A DNA stretch of 62,086 nt, the filler included, from an uncultured Thermoplasmatales archaeon (GTDB lineage Archaea > Thermoplasmatota > E2 > DHVEG-1): assembly GCA_964517155.1 (NCBI GenBank). It is 6 parts of 6 records of this genome, joined end to end, with 100 filler letters (N's around TTAATTAATTAA, not from the genome) between each part and the next. Parts side by side here need not be neighbours in the genome. Positions count along the whole stretch, not along the records: positions 1 to 15,845 come from CAZFAZ010000005.1; 5 more parts are not named here. One strand, written 5' to 3'. A program made the translations under genes and the position numbers. This document shows positions 1 through 9,500 of this stretch, in pieces. The first letter of the stretch is position 1. Each line of letters opens with the position of its first letter. A model generated the notes under the pieces. It was not told where the DNA came from and did no database searches. It saw only the letters and a program-made list of their open reading frames with translations.

Positions 1-4
1 TTTT

Positions 5-211
5 TTATCCACCTGATGAAACCTGCAGTATAGTTAATTCTTGCCCATCTTTTATTTTTGTATCAATTGGAACCGGTTTGTTTTTGCTCATCACGATTAT
101 TGTATCTGGTTTTAAATTAATTTTTTTAAGAATATTTTCTACTGTTAATCCTTCTTCAATTTGTAGTTTTTTTGTTTCTTTTGTTCTTGATAATGTAACA
201 GTTATATTCAC
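5..211 (-). CDS. MoaD/ThiS family ubiquitin-like small archaeal modifier / sulfur carrier protein (68 aa)
   Basis: Beta-grasp size, C-terminal VSSGG diglycine. Start moved to GTG at 211 because the longer ORF runs through the tRNA. Confidence 0.85.
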   Translation of the reverse strand: MNITVTLSRTKETKKLQIEEGLTVENILKKINLKPDTIIVMSKNKPVPIDTKIKDGQELTILQVSSGG

Positions 212-269
212 TTGAATCGATACCCATATAAAAAACTCTTTGATTAAGCTTTTGACAATCATCTCTGTT

Positions 270-356
270 GCTGGGGTAGCCAAGCCCGGACTACGGCGGC
301 GGTCTCGAAAACCGCTGGTACTTAGTGCCACGGGGGTTCAAATCCCTTCCCCAGCG
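270..356 (+). tRNA. tRNA-Ser(CGA)
   Basis: Acceptor stem GCTGGGG/CCCCAGC, anticodon arm GCGGT-CTCGAAA-ACCGC, long variable arm TGGTAC-TTA-GTGCCA, TTCAAAT T-loop, G discriminator, CCA not encoded. Confidence 0.95.
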
Positions 357-457
357 CTATTTTTTTTTGATAACAACCATACAATAAGTTTTATATACTA
401 TTTTAATAATAATTATATTATAAAAAATGATAATATTTAATTAAAGGTGTTAATAAA

Positions 458-1495
458 ATGAACAAAAAAGCATTATTTATCGCAATACAAATATTTATAC
501 TGATAGCTGCAGTAATATCTCCAAAAATCGTAGCTGAAAACCAAATATCTATTCTAGATCAATCAAACGGTTTTAGAATATATAACTTTAATACTACAAC
601 TGAAATTGGAGAAATATCTGATTTTAATGAACCTGTATCTTTAAATTCTTCGCATCCAGTTGATGTTTCTGTATCATTTAAATTTGAACTGCCACAATTT
701 TTCCCAAAACTATTACTTGGGACAAAAATAGGCAACTGGGTAATGTTTCGTGATAAAAATCACAATATGACAGTTGATATAGAATTAAAACTTGAAAACA
801 AACCAGAATGGTGTACTGCAGAGTTAGAAAATACGACAATTACTATAGATAACATTACAACAGATGCAAAAACAGTAAAAACAAAACTAAACATAAAAAT
901 AAAAGATGATGCACCAGCACTTGAAAAAGAAACAATAGAACTAGTTGCAAAATTTACACCAGAATCAAACTCTGGACTTAGAGCATCAGAAGACAAAATC
1001 AACTTTACACTAATGCCAGAATACAAAGGATCAATTACTGCTGAATTTGATTTACCCAAAAATACAACAGAAATAATACTTTCACCCAAAGAAAATAATA
1101 CACTAATACCTGTAGTTATTAAAAATACAGGAAACGGCGAAAGCATAATTACAGTAGAGCTGAAAAATCTAGAGGAAAACTGGAAGATAACTGTAGATAC
1201 GCCCGAGATAACATTGGCAAAAGGTCAAACTAATGAAGTTTATGTAAATATTACAACGCCGCAAACCAAAGAAAGAAAAACAATGAATTTAACATTAGAA
1301 ATAACTTCAAAATCAACATCAGAAACAACAGATAAACAGGAATACTTGCAAGGGCAAAAAATAGAAACCCTGCCAATTACAATTATAAAAGAAGAAATAG
1401 TTGAAGAGATGGATTTTACAACCATAATCTTAGGATTAATTGTAATACTAATATCTCTGATAATAATAGCATTCTTCTTCAAAAAGAAAAAATAA
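458..1495 (+). CDS. Membrane-anchored surface protein with Ig-like (NEW3/CARDB-like) domains
   Basis: N-terminal signal peptide, IKNTGNG Ig-fold motif, C-terminal TM helix followed by KKKK. Confidence 0.65.
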   Translation: MNKKALFIAIQIFILIAAVISPKIVAENQISILDQSNGFRIYNFNTTTEIGEISDFNEPVSLNSSHPVDVSVSFKFELPQFFPKLLLGTKIGNWVMFRDKNHNMTVDIELKLENKPEWCTAELENTTITIDNITTDAKTVKTKLNIKIKDDAPALEKETIELVAKFTPESNSGLRASEDKINFTLMPEYKGSITAEFDLPKNTTEIILSPKENNTLIPVVIKNTGNGESIITVELKNLEENWKITVDTPEITLAKGQTNEVYVNITTPQTKERKTMNLTLEITSKSTSETTDKQEYLQGQKIETLPITIIKEEIVEEMDFTTIILGLIVILISLIIIAFFFKKKK

Positions 1496-1551
1496 ACCTT
1501 TTTTTCTTTTAACAATTTTTTTAAACACTAACTTTATCTTTTAAAATTATT

Positions 1552-2220
1552 GTGAACAAAATAAAAGATATCGATGAAATATTTACAATACTTAAAAAAG
1601 AGCTTAAAAACTACAAAGCACCAGTGGTCTCAGGACAAAAATGGGAAAAAATCAAAAAAACACCATTTACAACATTAATATCTTGTATACTTAGTCTTAG
1701 AACCAAAGATGAAGTAACAGACAAAGCATCGATAAGACTTTTTGAAAAATATGATACACCTCAAAAACTTGCAAATGCAGATATAAAAGCTATCGAGGAA
1801 TTGATATATCCGGTAGGTTTTTATCATACAAAAGCAAAGACAATAAAAAAAATATCACAAACGTTACTTGATAAATATGCGGGAGAAGTACCAGATGATT
1901 TTGATGAGCTTTTAAAATTAAAAGGCGTGGGACGAAAAACTGCAAATATCGTGATGGTTTTTGGTTTTAACAAAAAAAATTATATCCCAGTTGATGTACA
2001 TTGCAATCGCATACCAAATAGACTTGGATGGATAAAAACAAAAACACCAGAGGAAACAGAAAAAAAACTAAAAGAAATACTTCCACAAAAATACTGGTAT
2101 GATTTTAATAATTTATTTGTACAATTCGGCCAGACAATATGTACGCCGATATCGCCTTTTTGCAGTAAATGCCCAATAAATAAATACTGCAAAAAGCAAG
2201 ATGTTAAGACACACAGATAA
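1552..2220 (+). CDS. nth: Endonuclease III (HhH-GPD, 4Fe-4S)
   Basis: LKGVGRKTAN HhH motif, IPVDVH catalytic Asp, C-x6-C-x2-C-x5-C cluster motif. Confidence 0.95.
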   Translation: MNKIKDIDEIFTILKKELKNYKAPVVSGQKWEKIKKTPFTTLISCILSLRTKDEVTDKASIRLFEKYDTPQKLANADIKAIEELIYPVGFYHTKAKTIKKISQTLLDKYAGEVPDDFDELLKLKGVGRKTANIVMVFGFNKKNYIPVDVHCNRIPNRLGWIKTKTPEETEKKLKEILPQKYWYDFNNLFVQFGQTICTPISPFCSKCPINKYCKKQDVKTHR

Positions 2221-2338
2221 AAAAATAACCATATTTTAATATAAAACAATTTTTTTCTCTTATCAATAAACTAATTTTTGAAATAACCGATTAATTTATA
2301 AATAAGACTAAACATACAAAATTTATTAGGCGGATGGG

Positions 2339-2668
2339 ATGCAGGATGACAAAAATAATACTTTTTCAAAGGATCAAATAAGACCTCTTGTTATACGATC
2401 TTTGCGGAGAAGTAGCATAAGAAAAAAAATTGCTGAATACCTTTTCGATATTAGTCCTAGTGGTAGTTATACTTCAGAGATAGCATATAATATTAAAACC
2501 ACGCCGACGAATGTGATAGGTGCGATAAGAGGGATGGGGGATAGATACAAAGAAGATGAATCGCTAATAGGTCTTAACATTGTAGAGCAAATTACTGGTG
2601 GTAAAGACGTAAAACTTTATAAATTAACAGAAATGGGTAAAGAAATAATAAGTGCAATTAAAAAATAA
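2339..2668 (+). CDS. earA: Archaellum operon transcriptional activator, EarA family (winged HTH)
   Basis: IRSLRRSSIRKKI..YL..I.P..SY.SEIA...PTNVIGAIRGMG.RY...SLI.L.IVE matches the Methanococcus EarA pattern; 2 kb upstream of the archaellins. Confidence 0.85.
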   Translation: MQDDKNNTFSKDQIRPLVIRSLRRSSIRKKIAEYLFDISPSGSYTSEIAYNIKTTPTNVIGAIRGMGDRYKEDESLIGLNIVEQITGGKDVKLYKLTEMGKEIISAIKK

Positions 2669-2732
2669 TAAAATTAATAAATAATTATATTTTTATAATA
2701 AAATCTAAGAGTTATATTTAACTATAAAATCA

Positions 2733-2948
2733 TTATAGTTCTCTACCGCGTCGATTAACTTCAAACATTGTAGTAACATATTTTTCTTCTATTTGAATCA
2801 TGTTTCCATCTTCAAATTGAACAACAAGCCAGTTACTTGGATGCGGATAAATGTTTACAACACGAGCTTTACGTGCATTTGCTGCTGAATCAACTGGATC
2901 TTTTACAAGAACTTCAATGCCTCTGCGAATACCACGTTCTTTAAGCAT
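2733..2948 (-). CDS. Small hypothetical protein, possible SH3/Tudor-like beta barrel
   Basis: 71-aa ORF with alternating beta-strand pattern and an AGGTTGA-like RBS upstream. Confidence 0.55.
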   Translation of the reverse strand: MLKERGIRRGIEVLVKDPVDSAANARKARVVNIYPHPSNWLVVQFEDGNMIQIEEKYVTTMFEVNRRGREL

Positions 2949-3069
2949 GTATTATCATCAACCTTTTCAATTTTCAAATAAAAAAGAACTATTTTATTTT
3001 TTTTGTAAGAAAAATACAGCCAGATTTAAATAATAAATAACGCATTATCATAAAAATATAATGTAGAGG

Positions 3070-3603
3070 GTGGTATGCATTAAAAATTATATAAAGATAT
3101 TAATTATATTTTTAGTAATTGGGATATTAACAAACATATGTGTATCTGCAAAAAATCAAGAAGAATTAAAATTTTTAGAAGAACCAAGCTATACACTTAT
3201 TCAAGAAGTAAAAAGTGGTGAAAAAATAATAGGTTGGGTTTATCAAATAGATATAAAAATACAAAATAAAGGTGATATAACATCAAAAGAAACAATTGTA
3301 AATCTAACCGATGAAGAAGGTTTCACTTTACAAAATATTACTAGATTTGCACCAGGTGAAACAAAAACAATATCTTTTACATGGTCAACGATTTCTAGTT
3401 ATGATCAAACAATACGCGTAAACTATTTTCCACTTGATCTTTCAGTTAATCATAATCAATATAATAGTGGAGTTACAAGCTTTAAAATGTTGATAGGTGG
3501 AAAAGATGAAATTCCTGCAGCAAGTACACCAGGTTTTGAAATTATTGCGGTTATAACTGCAATAGCTGTAGCTTTAATTTTAATAAATAAAAAGAGAAAA
3601 TAA
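3070..3603 (+). CDS. CARDB-like surface protein with PGF-CTERM sorting signal
   Basis: Signal peptide, IQNKG...PGETKTISFTW Ig motif, C-terminal TPGFE + TM + KKRK. Confidence 0.85.
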   Translation: MVCIKNYIKILIIFLVIGILTNICVSAKNQEELKFLEEPSYTLIQEVKSGEKIIGWVYQIDIKIQNKGDITSKETIVNLTDEEGFTLQNITRFAPGETKTISFTWSTISSYDQTIRVNYFPLDLSVNHNQYNSGVTSFKMLIGGKDEIPAASTPGFEIIAVITAIAVALILINKKRK

Positions 3604-3622
3604 TTTTTTTTCTTTTTTAAAT

Positions 3623-4045
3623 TCAAGTTTCTGTAATTACTATTTTTACATGATCGACTTTGTATGCATTTAAATCATTATAAGATATAATATTGGTGCC
3701 TGGTGATACAACTGTTTCAGCATAATCTTTTACAATTCCTTTAAAATTTTTTGGGCCACCTGTATAAAGTAAATTGTTTTCTTTATCATAAAACTCTGCA
3801 GTTAAACTAAAATCTATTTGTCGACCTGCAATATTTTTTAAAAGATATTCGACATCAGCGCTTACTATGGTTCCACTTTGATTTTTATATTTTAAATCTG
3901 CATAAATAAGGCCGACTATATCTGAATCAATCTCTACATGTTCATTGATATTTGTATTTTGTGTTTCTGCTTGTTCTTGGCATCCGCATAAAAACAATGC
4001 TGTTAAAATAATGCAAACAATCATTATACAATTTTTTTTCTTCAT
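3623..4045 (-). CDS. Predicted lipoprotein (FxLYD-like domain)
   Basis: Start reassigned to ATG 4045 after GAGGGG RBS; lipobox LCGC; AEFYDKENNLL motif. Confidence 0.7.
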   Translation of the reverse strand: MKKKNCIMIVCIILTALFLCGCQEQAETQNTNINEHVEIDSDIVGLIYADLKYKNQSGTIVSADVEYLLKNIAGRQIDFSLTAEFYDKENNLLYTGGPKNFKGIVKDYAETVVSPGTNIISYNDLNAYKVDHVKIVITET

Positions 4046-4215
4046 ATTTTTTCCCCTCATAATCACCTTTAATTTTAGTTGATACAATATTAGAGTTGTA
4101 ATATTTATATTTTTATAGTAAAACTTTTAATTTCTTGTAACAAATTTTAATATAGTATATAAATGATTCATTATTAGGATATTATCAAATAGTAGTTATT
4201 GGAGGGATATATATA

Positions 4216-4650
4216 TTGTCTGAAGTTGAGAATTCTCAAGTAGTTAAACGTGTTTTGCAGACTTTAATTGATATATCTAGTAGAAAAACAACAAAAGGTT
4301 TAGCAGTTATTAAAATGGCAGATCTTATGAAAAAATTGCAAAACAAATATGATTTTTTAAAACACGTGGAAATTAAAGATACGAGGTTTATAGAGTTTCA
4401 AGAGCCCATATCTGTTATGTCAGATATTAATAATATTGAGTCTAATGCTTTAGGTAAAGCTTTACATGATATAATAAAAGATATGAATAATTCATTAGGT
4501 GAAGACGCAGGTCATTTTTTTATAAAAGAACTAAGAAGAAATATAGGTGAAGATTTTAGTACAATAATTGGGGATATGGGTGTAGATTTAGGATTAATGC
4601 AGCTTGAATTTGAAGTAAGTCAAATGACAAAAAAATTAGATAAATTTTGA
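4216..4650 (+). CDS. Hypothetical cytoplasmic alpha-helical protein upstream of the archaellins
   Basis: 144-aa ORF, TTG start after GGAGG RBS; no family recognised. Confidence 0.7.
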   Translation: MSEVENSQVVKRVLQTLIDISSRKTTKGLAVIKMADLMKKLQNKYDFLKHVEIKDTRFIEFQEPISVMSDINNIESNALGKALHDIIKDMNNSLGEDAGHFFIKELRRNIGEDFSTIIGDMGVDLGLMQLEFEVSQMTKKLDKF

Positions 4651-4725
4651 TTTAAACTATATTTTTTTTAACTTTGTATTTTTTACAGATATATGTGTAT
4701 AAATGCTTTTTGTTATAGTAATATA

Positions 4726-4780
4726 TGCATACATACCTGCATATGCATTTGAACATCCACCTGCAAACAAAGTATATAAG
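4726..4780 (+). promoter_or_regulatory. Archaellin operon promoter with phased TGCATA-like boxes (candidate EarA sites) and TATA box
   Basis: TGCATA 4726, TGCATA 4738, TGAACA 4750, TGCAAA 4762; exact TACATA at 4730; TATATAA at 4773-4779. Confidence 0.6.
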
Positions 4781-4844
4781 CTTTTCAGATATTAGTCGCT
4801 GTAGCACTCTAAAAGTTGTTTAATATACAACTAATAGGAGGGAT

Positions 4845-5504
4845 GTGAAAAAGATGGGAAAATATGCAAAAAAATTAAAAGAAAAAGATGTTGGAAGCAT
4901 TGGAATTGGCGCGATGATAGTGTTTATCGCCATGGTTCTTGTAGCAGGAATAGCTGCTTCAGTTTTGATTCAAACTAGTACAAAACTTGAATCACAAGCA
5001 ATGAAAACTGGTCAAGAAACCACGGCAGAAGTAGCAAGTGGTCTGCAGGTTATAAATATTGAAGGATATCAAACAAGTAGCAGTATTAGCCTACTCGCAG
5101 TAACTGTTAGGGCTAGAGCAGGAAGCAAAGATATTGATTTGGCTGAAACAGTTATTGAGATATCAGATTCTTCGACGAAGAACTTTTTAAGGTTTGATAG
5201 CAGTAAGTATACGGCTGCAGATAGTATCGATGGGGATTTATTTACTAGTAGTTTTTATACAACTGGTGCCGTGAATTTTAGCGTTATAGTTCTTGAAGAT
5301 GCAGATGGCTCTTGTTCAAGTGGTAACCCGGTAATTAATTCTGGAGACTATATTATTTTGGGAATAAACACAACCGCATGTTTTAGTGGTCTTTCGCCAA
5401 GAGATGATATATGGGGACTTATATTGCCAGAAGAAGGTGCTCCTGGTGTTATTAATTTTAAGTGTCCCGCATCGTTTACTACTGCGGTTTTGGAGTTACA
5501 GTGA
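4845..5504 (+). CDS. flaB: Archaellin 1
   Basis: SIGIGAMIVFIAMVLVAGIAASVLIQT class III N-terminus and archaellin C-terminal pattern. Confidence 0.95.
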   Translation: MKKMGKYAKKLKEKDVGSIGIGAMIVFIAMVLVAGIAASVLIQTSTKLESQAMKTGQETTAEVASGLQVINIEGYQTSSSISLLAVTVRARAGSKDIDLAETVIEISDSSTKNFLRFDSSKYTAADSIDGDLFTSSFYTTGAVNFSVIVLEDADGSCSSGNPVINSGDYIILGINTTACFSGLSPRDDIWGLILPEEGAPGVINFKCPASFTTAVLELQ

Positions 5505-5515
5505 GGTGAAAAAAA

Positions 5516-6166
5516 ATGATAAAATTATTTAAGAAAAATGAAACCGCATCAATTGGTATTGGTGCTATGATTGTGTTTATTGCAATGGTTTTGGTTGCAG
5601 GTATTGCAGCATCTGTATTGATACAAACAAGTACAACCCTTGAATCTCAAGCGATGGCGACTGGTACTCAAACCACTCAAGAAGTCGCTGGTGGTATAGC
5701 AGTATTTAATGTTGAAGGTAGAGTTGCTGGTGATACAATTGAAGCTTTGGCTATAACTGTTAGGGCACGTGCAGGCTCTCCAAATATCGATCTTAATCAA
5801 ACAGTAATACTGCTTAGTGATGGATCAACAAAAGTATTGTTAAGCTATGATTACGTCGATACTAATCACTTTAATGCAAGTATTGGAGCTGATGGAAATA
5901 TCTTTGGTGTAACATATAGTGATCTTTCAAATGAAGAATTTGGAATACTAGTATTAAATGATCCAGATACTTCAGTTTCAAGGTACAATCCTGTTATAAA
6001 CCGTGGAGATAAAGTAATACTATTTGTTGATACAAACGAATGTTTTAGCGGAATATCTGAAAGGACAGATGTCTTTGGATTTATATATCCAGAACATGGA
6101 TCGCCTGGTGTAATAGCATTTAGAACGCCCGCTTCTTATAGCGATACTATATATGCTTTACAATGA
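5516..6166 (+). CDS. flaB: Archaellin 2
   Basis: Same conserved N-terminal helix; GAGGTGA RBS. Confidence 0.95.
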   Translation: MIKLFKKNETASIGIGAMIVFIAMVLVAGIAASVLIQTSTTLESQAMATGTQTTQEVAGGIAVFNVEGRVAGDTIEALAITVRARAGSPNIDLNQTVILLSDGSTKVLLSYDYVDTNHFNASIGADGNIFGVTYSDLSNEEFGILVLNDPDTSVSRYNPVINRGDKVILFVDTNECFSGISERTDVFGFIYPEHGSPGVIAFRTPASYSDTIYALQ

Positions 6167-6181
6167 GGAGGTGACTGAAGA

Positions 6182-6853
6182 ATGAAAAATTTATCTAAAA
6201 TAATGAAAAAGGACGTTGGTTCAATCGGTATTGGTGCTATGATTGTGTTTATTGCAATGGTTTTGGTTGCAGGTATTGCAGCATCTGTATTGATACAAAC
6301 AAGTACAAAACTTGAAACACAAGCGATGGCAACTGGTTCAGAAACTACTGCTGAAGTAGCAAGTGGCATAGCAGTATTTGATGTATTAGGATATGCTGCA
6401 AGTGGTAGTGATATCTCAAAAATATTAATTGGTGTAAGACCCAGAGCAGGATCAGATGGAATCGATCTTTCGACTGCGTTTGTTGAGATATCTGATAGCA
6501 CTACAAAAGTACTACTTACTTACAATTCAAGTTACTACCTTGATCCTGGTACAGATGGACTAAATGACATGTTTGGCGATGATACCTTATTTCCAACAGG
6601 AGATACTTCACTTTCAGCTACTGACTTTGGCATACTAGTAGTTGAAGATGCAGATGACTCTTTGTCATCAAGTGCACCGGTTATGAACCGTGGAGATAAA
6701 GTATACCTTTGCATTAACACAACTGCTACACACAGTGATTTTGAAGAGAGAGTTGATATTTGGGGTATAGTTGTCCCTGAAGAAGGTGCTCAAGGTATGA
6801 TAACATTTACAACACCTGCTTCATACACAAATAACGTAATGGATCTACAATAA
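6182..6853 (+). CDS. flaB: Archaellin 3
   Basis: Same conserved N-terminal helix; GGAGGTGA RBS. Confidence 0.95.
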   Translation: MKNLSKIMKKDVGSIGIGAMIVFIAMVLVAGIAASVLIQTSTKLETQAMATGSETTAEVASGIAVFDVLGYAASGSDISKILIGVRPRAGSDGIDLSTAFVEISDSTTKVLLTYNSSYYLDPGTDGLNDMFGDDTLFPTGDTSLSATDFGILVVEDADDSLSSSAPVMNRGDKVYLCINTTATHSDFEERVDIWGIVVPEEGAQGMITFTTPASYTNNVMDLQ

Positions 6854-6867
6854 ACCTAAAAAATTTA

Positions 6868-6905
6868 GTGGGTTTTTTTAACCCACAAAAACCTATTTTT
6901 TTTTT
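6868..6905 (+). terminator. Hairpin plus T-tract after archaellin 3
   Basis: GTGGGTT-TTTTT-AACCCAC stem-loop (6868-6886) followed by a T run. Confidence 0.55.
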
Positions 6906-6995
6906 GTCTTTTAAACCATAGTTTTTTATTCTAATAACTGTTACATTTTTTTGGATGGGCTGTCTATTTTAGGCGCCTTAGACATATGCTGGGAG

Positions 6996-7658
6996 GTGAA
7001 AAGGGTTAAGCGTTTAACTCTGAGGGGAGTAAATGATTCTAATACTGCATCAATTGGTATAGGTTCACTTATTGTTTTTATCGCCATGGTTCTTGTAGCA
7101 GGTATCGCAGCATCAGTTATTCTTCAAACAATGAACAGTCTTGAAGAACAGGCTCTTAGTACAGGCAGGGAGACAACTAGGGATATTTCTAGTGGTCTAA
7201 GAGTTACTCAAGTTACAGGCTATAAAAATGGCTCTAGTATCGATCTGCTTGCAATTTTTATTAGAACTACCGCTGGCTCCATGGATGTTGATCTTAATTA
7301 TACGTTTATTTCTATTTCTGATACTTCTACACAAATCATATTAAGTTACAATAGTAATGTTTTTAGCAGTAGTGTCAGCAATGGTCTTTTTGGAACGGTA
7401 AACAGCAGTAATCTTTCAGCTACAACTTATGGCATTATGGTTATAAGAGATATTGATGGGTCTTGTACGTCTTCTAATCCTGTTATAAATAATGATGATT
7501 TAGTGGTTTTAATAATTAATACCTCAAAATGTTTTTCAGGAATTGGTACCAGAACTAAGGTTAGTGGAAAAGTTATGCCTGAGTATGGTATAAGTGGTGT
7601 TATTAGTTTTACAACACCTAGTACATATATTAATACAATAATTGAGCTTCAAACATAA
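6996..7658 (+). CDS. flaB: Archaellin 4 (start codon uncertain)
   Basis: SIGIGSLIVFIAMVLVAGIAA N-terminus; GTG at 6996 chosen, but it lies inside the GGAGGTGA RBS. Confidence 0.9.
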   Translation: MKRVKRLTLRGVNDSNTASIGIGSLIVFIAMVLVAGIAASVILQTMNSLEEQALSTGRETTRDISSGLRVTQVTGYKNGSSIDLLAIFIRTTAGSMDVDLNYTFISISDTSTQIILSYNSNVFSSSVSNGLFGTVNSSNLSATTYGIMVIRDIDGSCTSSNPVINNDDLVVLIINTSKCFSGIGTRTKVSGKVMPEYGISGVISFTTPSTYINTIIELQT

Positions 7659-7710
7659 GAAAAATTAGTTTTTTTTGCTTAATTTTATTGCTCATATATT
7701 GTAGTTTTTA

Positions 7711-9486
7711 TTATGGGTTTAACATTCCACCAAATGCTACCTGCACTATATAACTAGTAATTGCTACAGTCCATACAAAAGGTACAAAATAAAGTAATGT
7801 TAGATATTTATGACTTCCTCTTAAAACTTTAAGTGTTAAAGCCATCATGAAACAATGTATAACCATTACAAAAAATATTATATAATAATTTTGAGCATAC
7901 GCTTCAGCCGGCACAGAATATAAAATCTGACCCATATTTAAGTTTGTATCAGGATTTGTAAGCACACTTCCTTCTTCAAGCATAATGCTATTTAAATGAT
8001 CGCCTATTATAAGAGAGATATAAATACAAAAAGCAATACCAAATGTGATACCTGCAAATAACGCGATACTTGTATTTACAATAGTTAATTTTTTAACGCG
8101 CAAATCCCTAATTTTACGAATATTTTCAGAAATCATGCGTGAAACACGACGAGGATTTGCAGCAGCATAGGTTGCTTCACGAAACATTTCACTAGAACGC
8201 TGAATAAAATTACTACCTGTTTCAACACCAAACCATTCCCATGCGGCATCATCATCGATACGTGTTCTTAAACGGCGATAAAGATCACGAACATGTCCTG
8301 TTAAAACACCGTAATCTTTTTCACTAAGATAATAAACAGAATCATTAATTCTTCCACCACGCATTGTAGAAATGGAGCCAAGTGCTGGTAAAAAACCAAG
8401 AAAGTTTTTTTCTTTACGAGAAATATTTTGCTCTTCAATAAAAACCTTTATTCCAACAATTAATAAAGGTGTGCAAGCAGATGCAAATAATAATTCAAAT
8501 GTTAAAAAGTCAAATACAGGTAAGGCTAACTGATACTTGATAAAATAAAGCCCTAATCCAACAACGACACATAGCGCTATTGATAGTTTTAAAAACTTGC
8601 CTAGTTTTTCCTCGTTTTCTCCTTTTTCACCTGTAACATGCCATATTTCATCCTGAGGAATCATTGCTTTTAAAAGATACATAAGCAGTCCTTCACTGAT
8701 AATCATAAGAAAACAAGATAAAAAAATAAAAGTGTTCATATCCTCAGTACCCATAACAATAGGTAAAACAATTCCAAGGCTCATCACAAAAATAATTGCA
8801 ATAAGCATTGAAACATATACTTCGTTTAAAATAACCACGTTTTCATTACTTGATTCATAAACGGTTTTGTATTCCTGTATAACTGCTTCTTGCTCTGTTT
8901 CAATAAACTCACGATGCTCAACACCACTGTCAAGACTCTGGGAGAATCTATCTAAAAAATCTTTGAAGATTTTACTAGGCGTTCTTGCAGATATAAAACG
9001 AAATGTTTTAGAAAGTGGTAGTTTCCATTGACTAGAAAGTACACTTATTTTTTTAAGTTCTTCACCAAGTGCACCATATGCTTTTTTACCACCCAGCATA
9101 TCAATGATGTCCTTAAGTGCTAAATCAGATATTGCAAGAACACGCAGATGCGTTATAAAAAAATGCATTTTTGCATTAATATCATTTTCACGGTTTTTCC
9201 AGGATATATACGGATAAAAAACACCTAGAAAAATAGGCACAATGCCTCCAATTATAAATGCAGTAAAATTAAAACTAATAGGATAAGGAAGTACTATATT
9301 TAATATGAAAGGTGTTACAAAAATCAAAACGCTAAGCATTATCAAAGGCATAAGAGTTTTTTTATAAAATTTAGAAGGATCTTCTAGTGCACGATACGCT
9401 ATTTTAAGCTGAGTACTAAAGCTTTCTTTTTTTGTATCTTTCTTTTTTTTATCTTTTTTAGATTTTTTTTGTTTTTTATCTGCCAT
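7711..9486 (-). CDS. flaJ: Archaellar membrane platform protein FlaJ/ArlJ
   Basis: Polytopic 591-aa protein, ARTPSKIFKDFLDRF T2SSF-like motif, follows flaI. Confidence 0.92.
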   Translation of the reverse strand: MADKKQKKSKKDKKKKDTKKESFSTQLKIAYRALEDPSKFYKKTLMPLIMLSVLIFVTPFILNIVLPYPISFNFTAFIIGGIVPIFLGVFYPYISWKNRENDINAKMHFFITHLRVLAISDLALKDIIDMLGGKKAYGALGEELKKISVLSSQWKLPLSKTFRFISARTPSKIFKDFLDRFSQSLDSGVEHREFIETEQEAVIQEYKTVYESSNENVVILNEVYVSMLIAIIFVMSLGIVLPIVMGTEDMNTFIFLSCFLMIISEGLLMYLLKAMIPQDEIWHVTGEKGENEEKLGKFLKLSIALCVVVGLGLYFIKYQLALPVFDFLTFELLFASACTPLLIVGIKVFIEEQNISRKEKNFLGFLPALGSISTMRGGRINDSVYYLSEKDYGVLTGHVRDLYRRLRTRIDDDAAWEWFGVETGSNFIQRSSEMFREATYAAANPRRVSRMISENIRKIRDLRVKKLTIVNTSIALFAGITFGIAFCIYISLIIGDHLNSIMLEEGSVLTNPDTNLNMGQILYSVPAEAYAQNYYIIFFVMVIHCFMMALTLKVLRGSHKYLTLLYFVPFVWTVAITSYIVQVAFGGMLNP

Positions 9487-9500
9487 CTTCTTTTTACCTT

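Noticed and set aside
240..440. 66-aa ORF, plus ORFs 38450-38632 and 48708-48932
   Set aside because: They overlap tRNA genes and are shadow ORFs.
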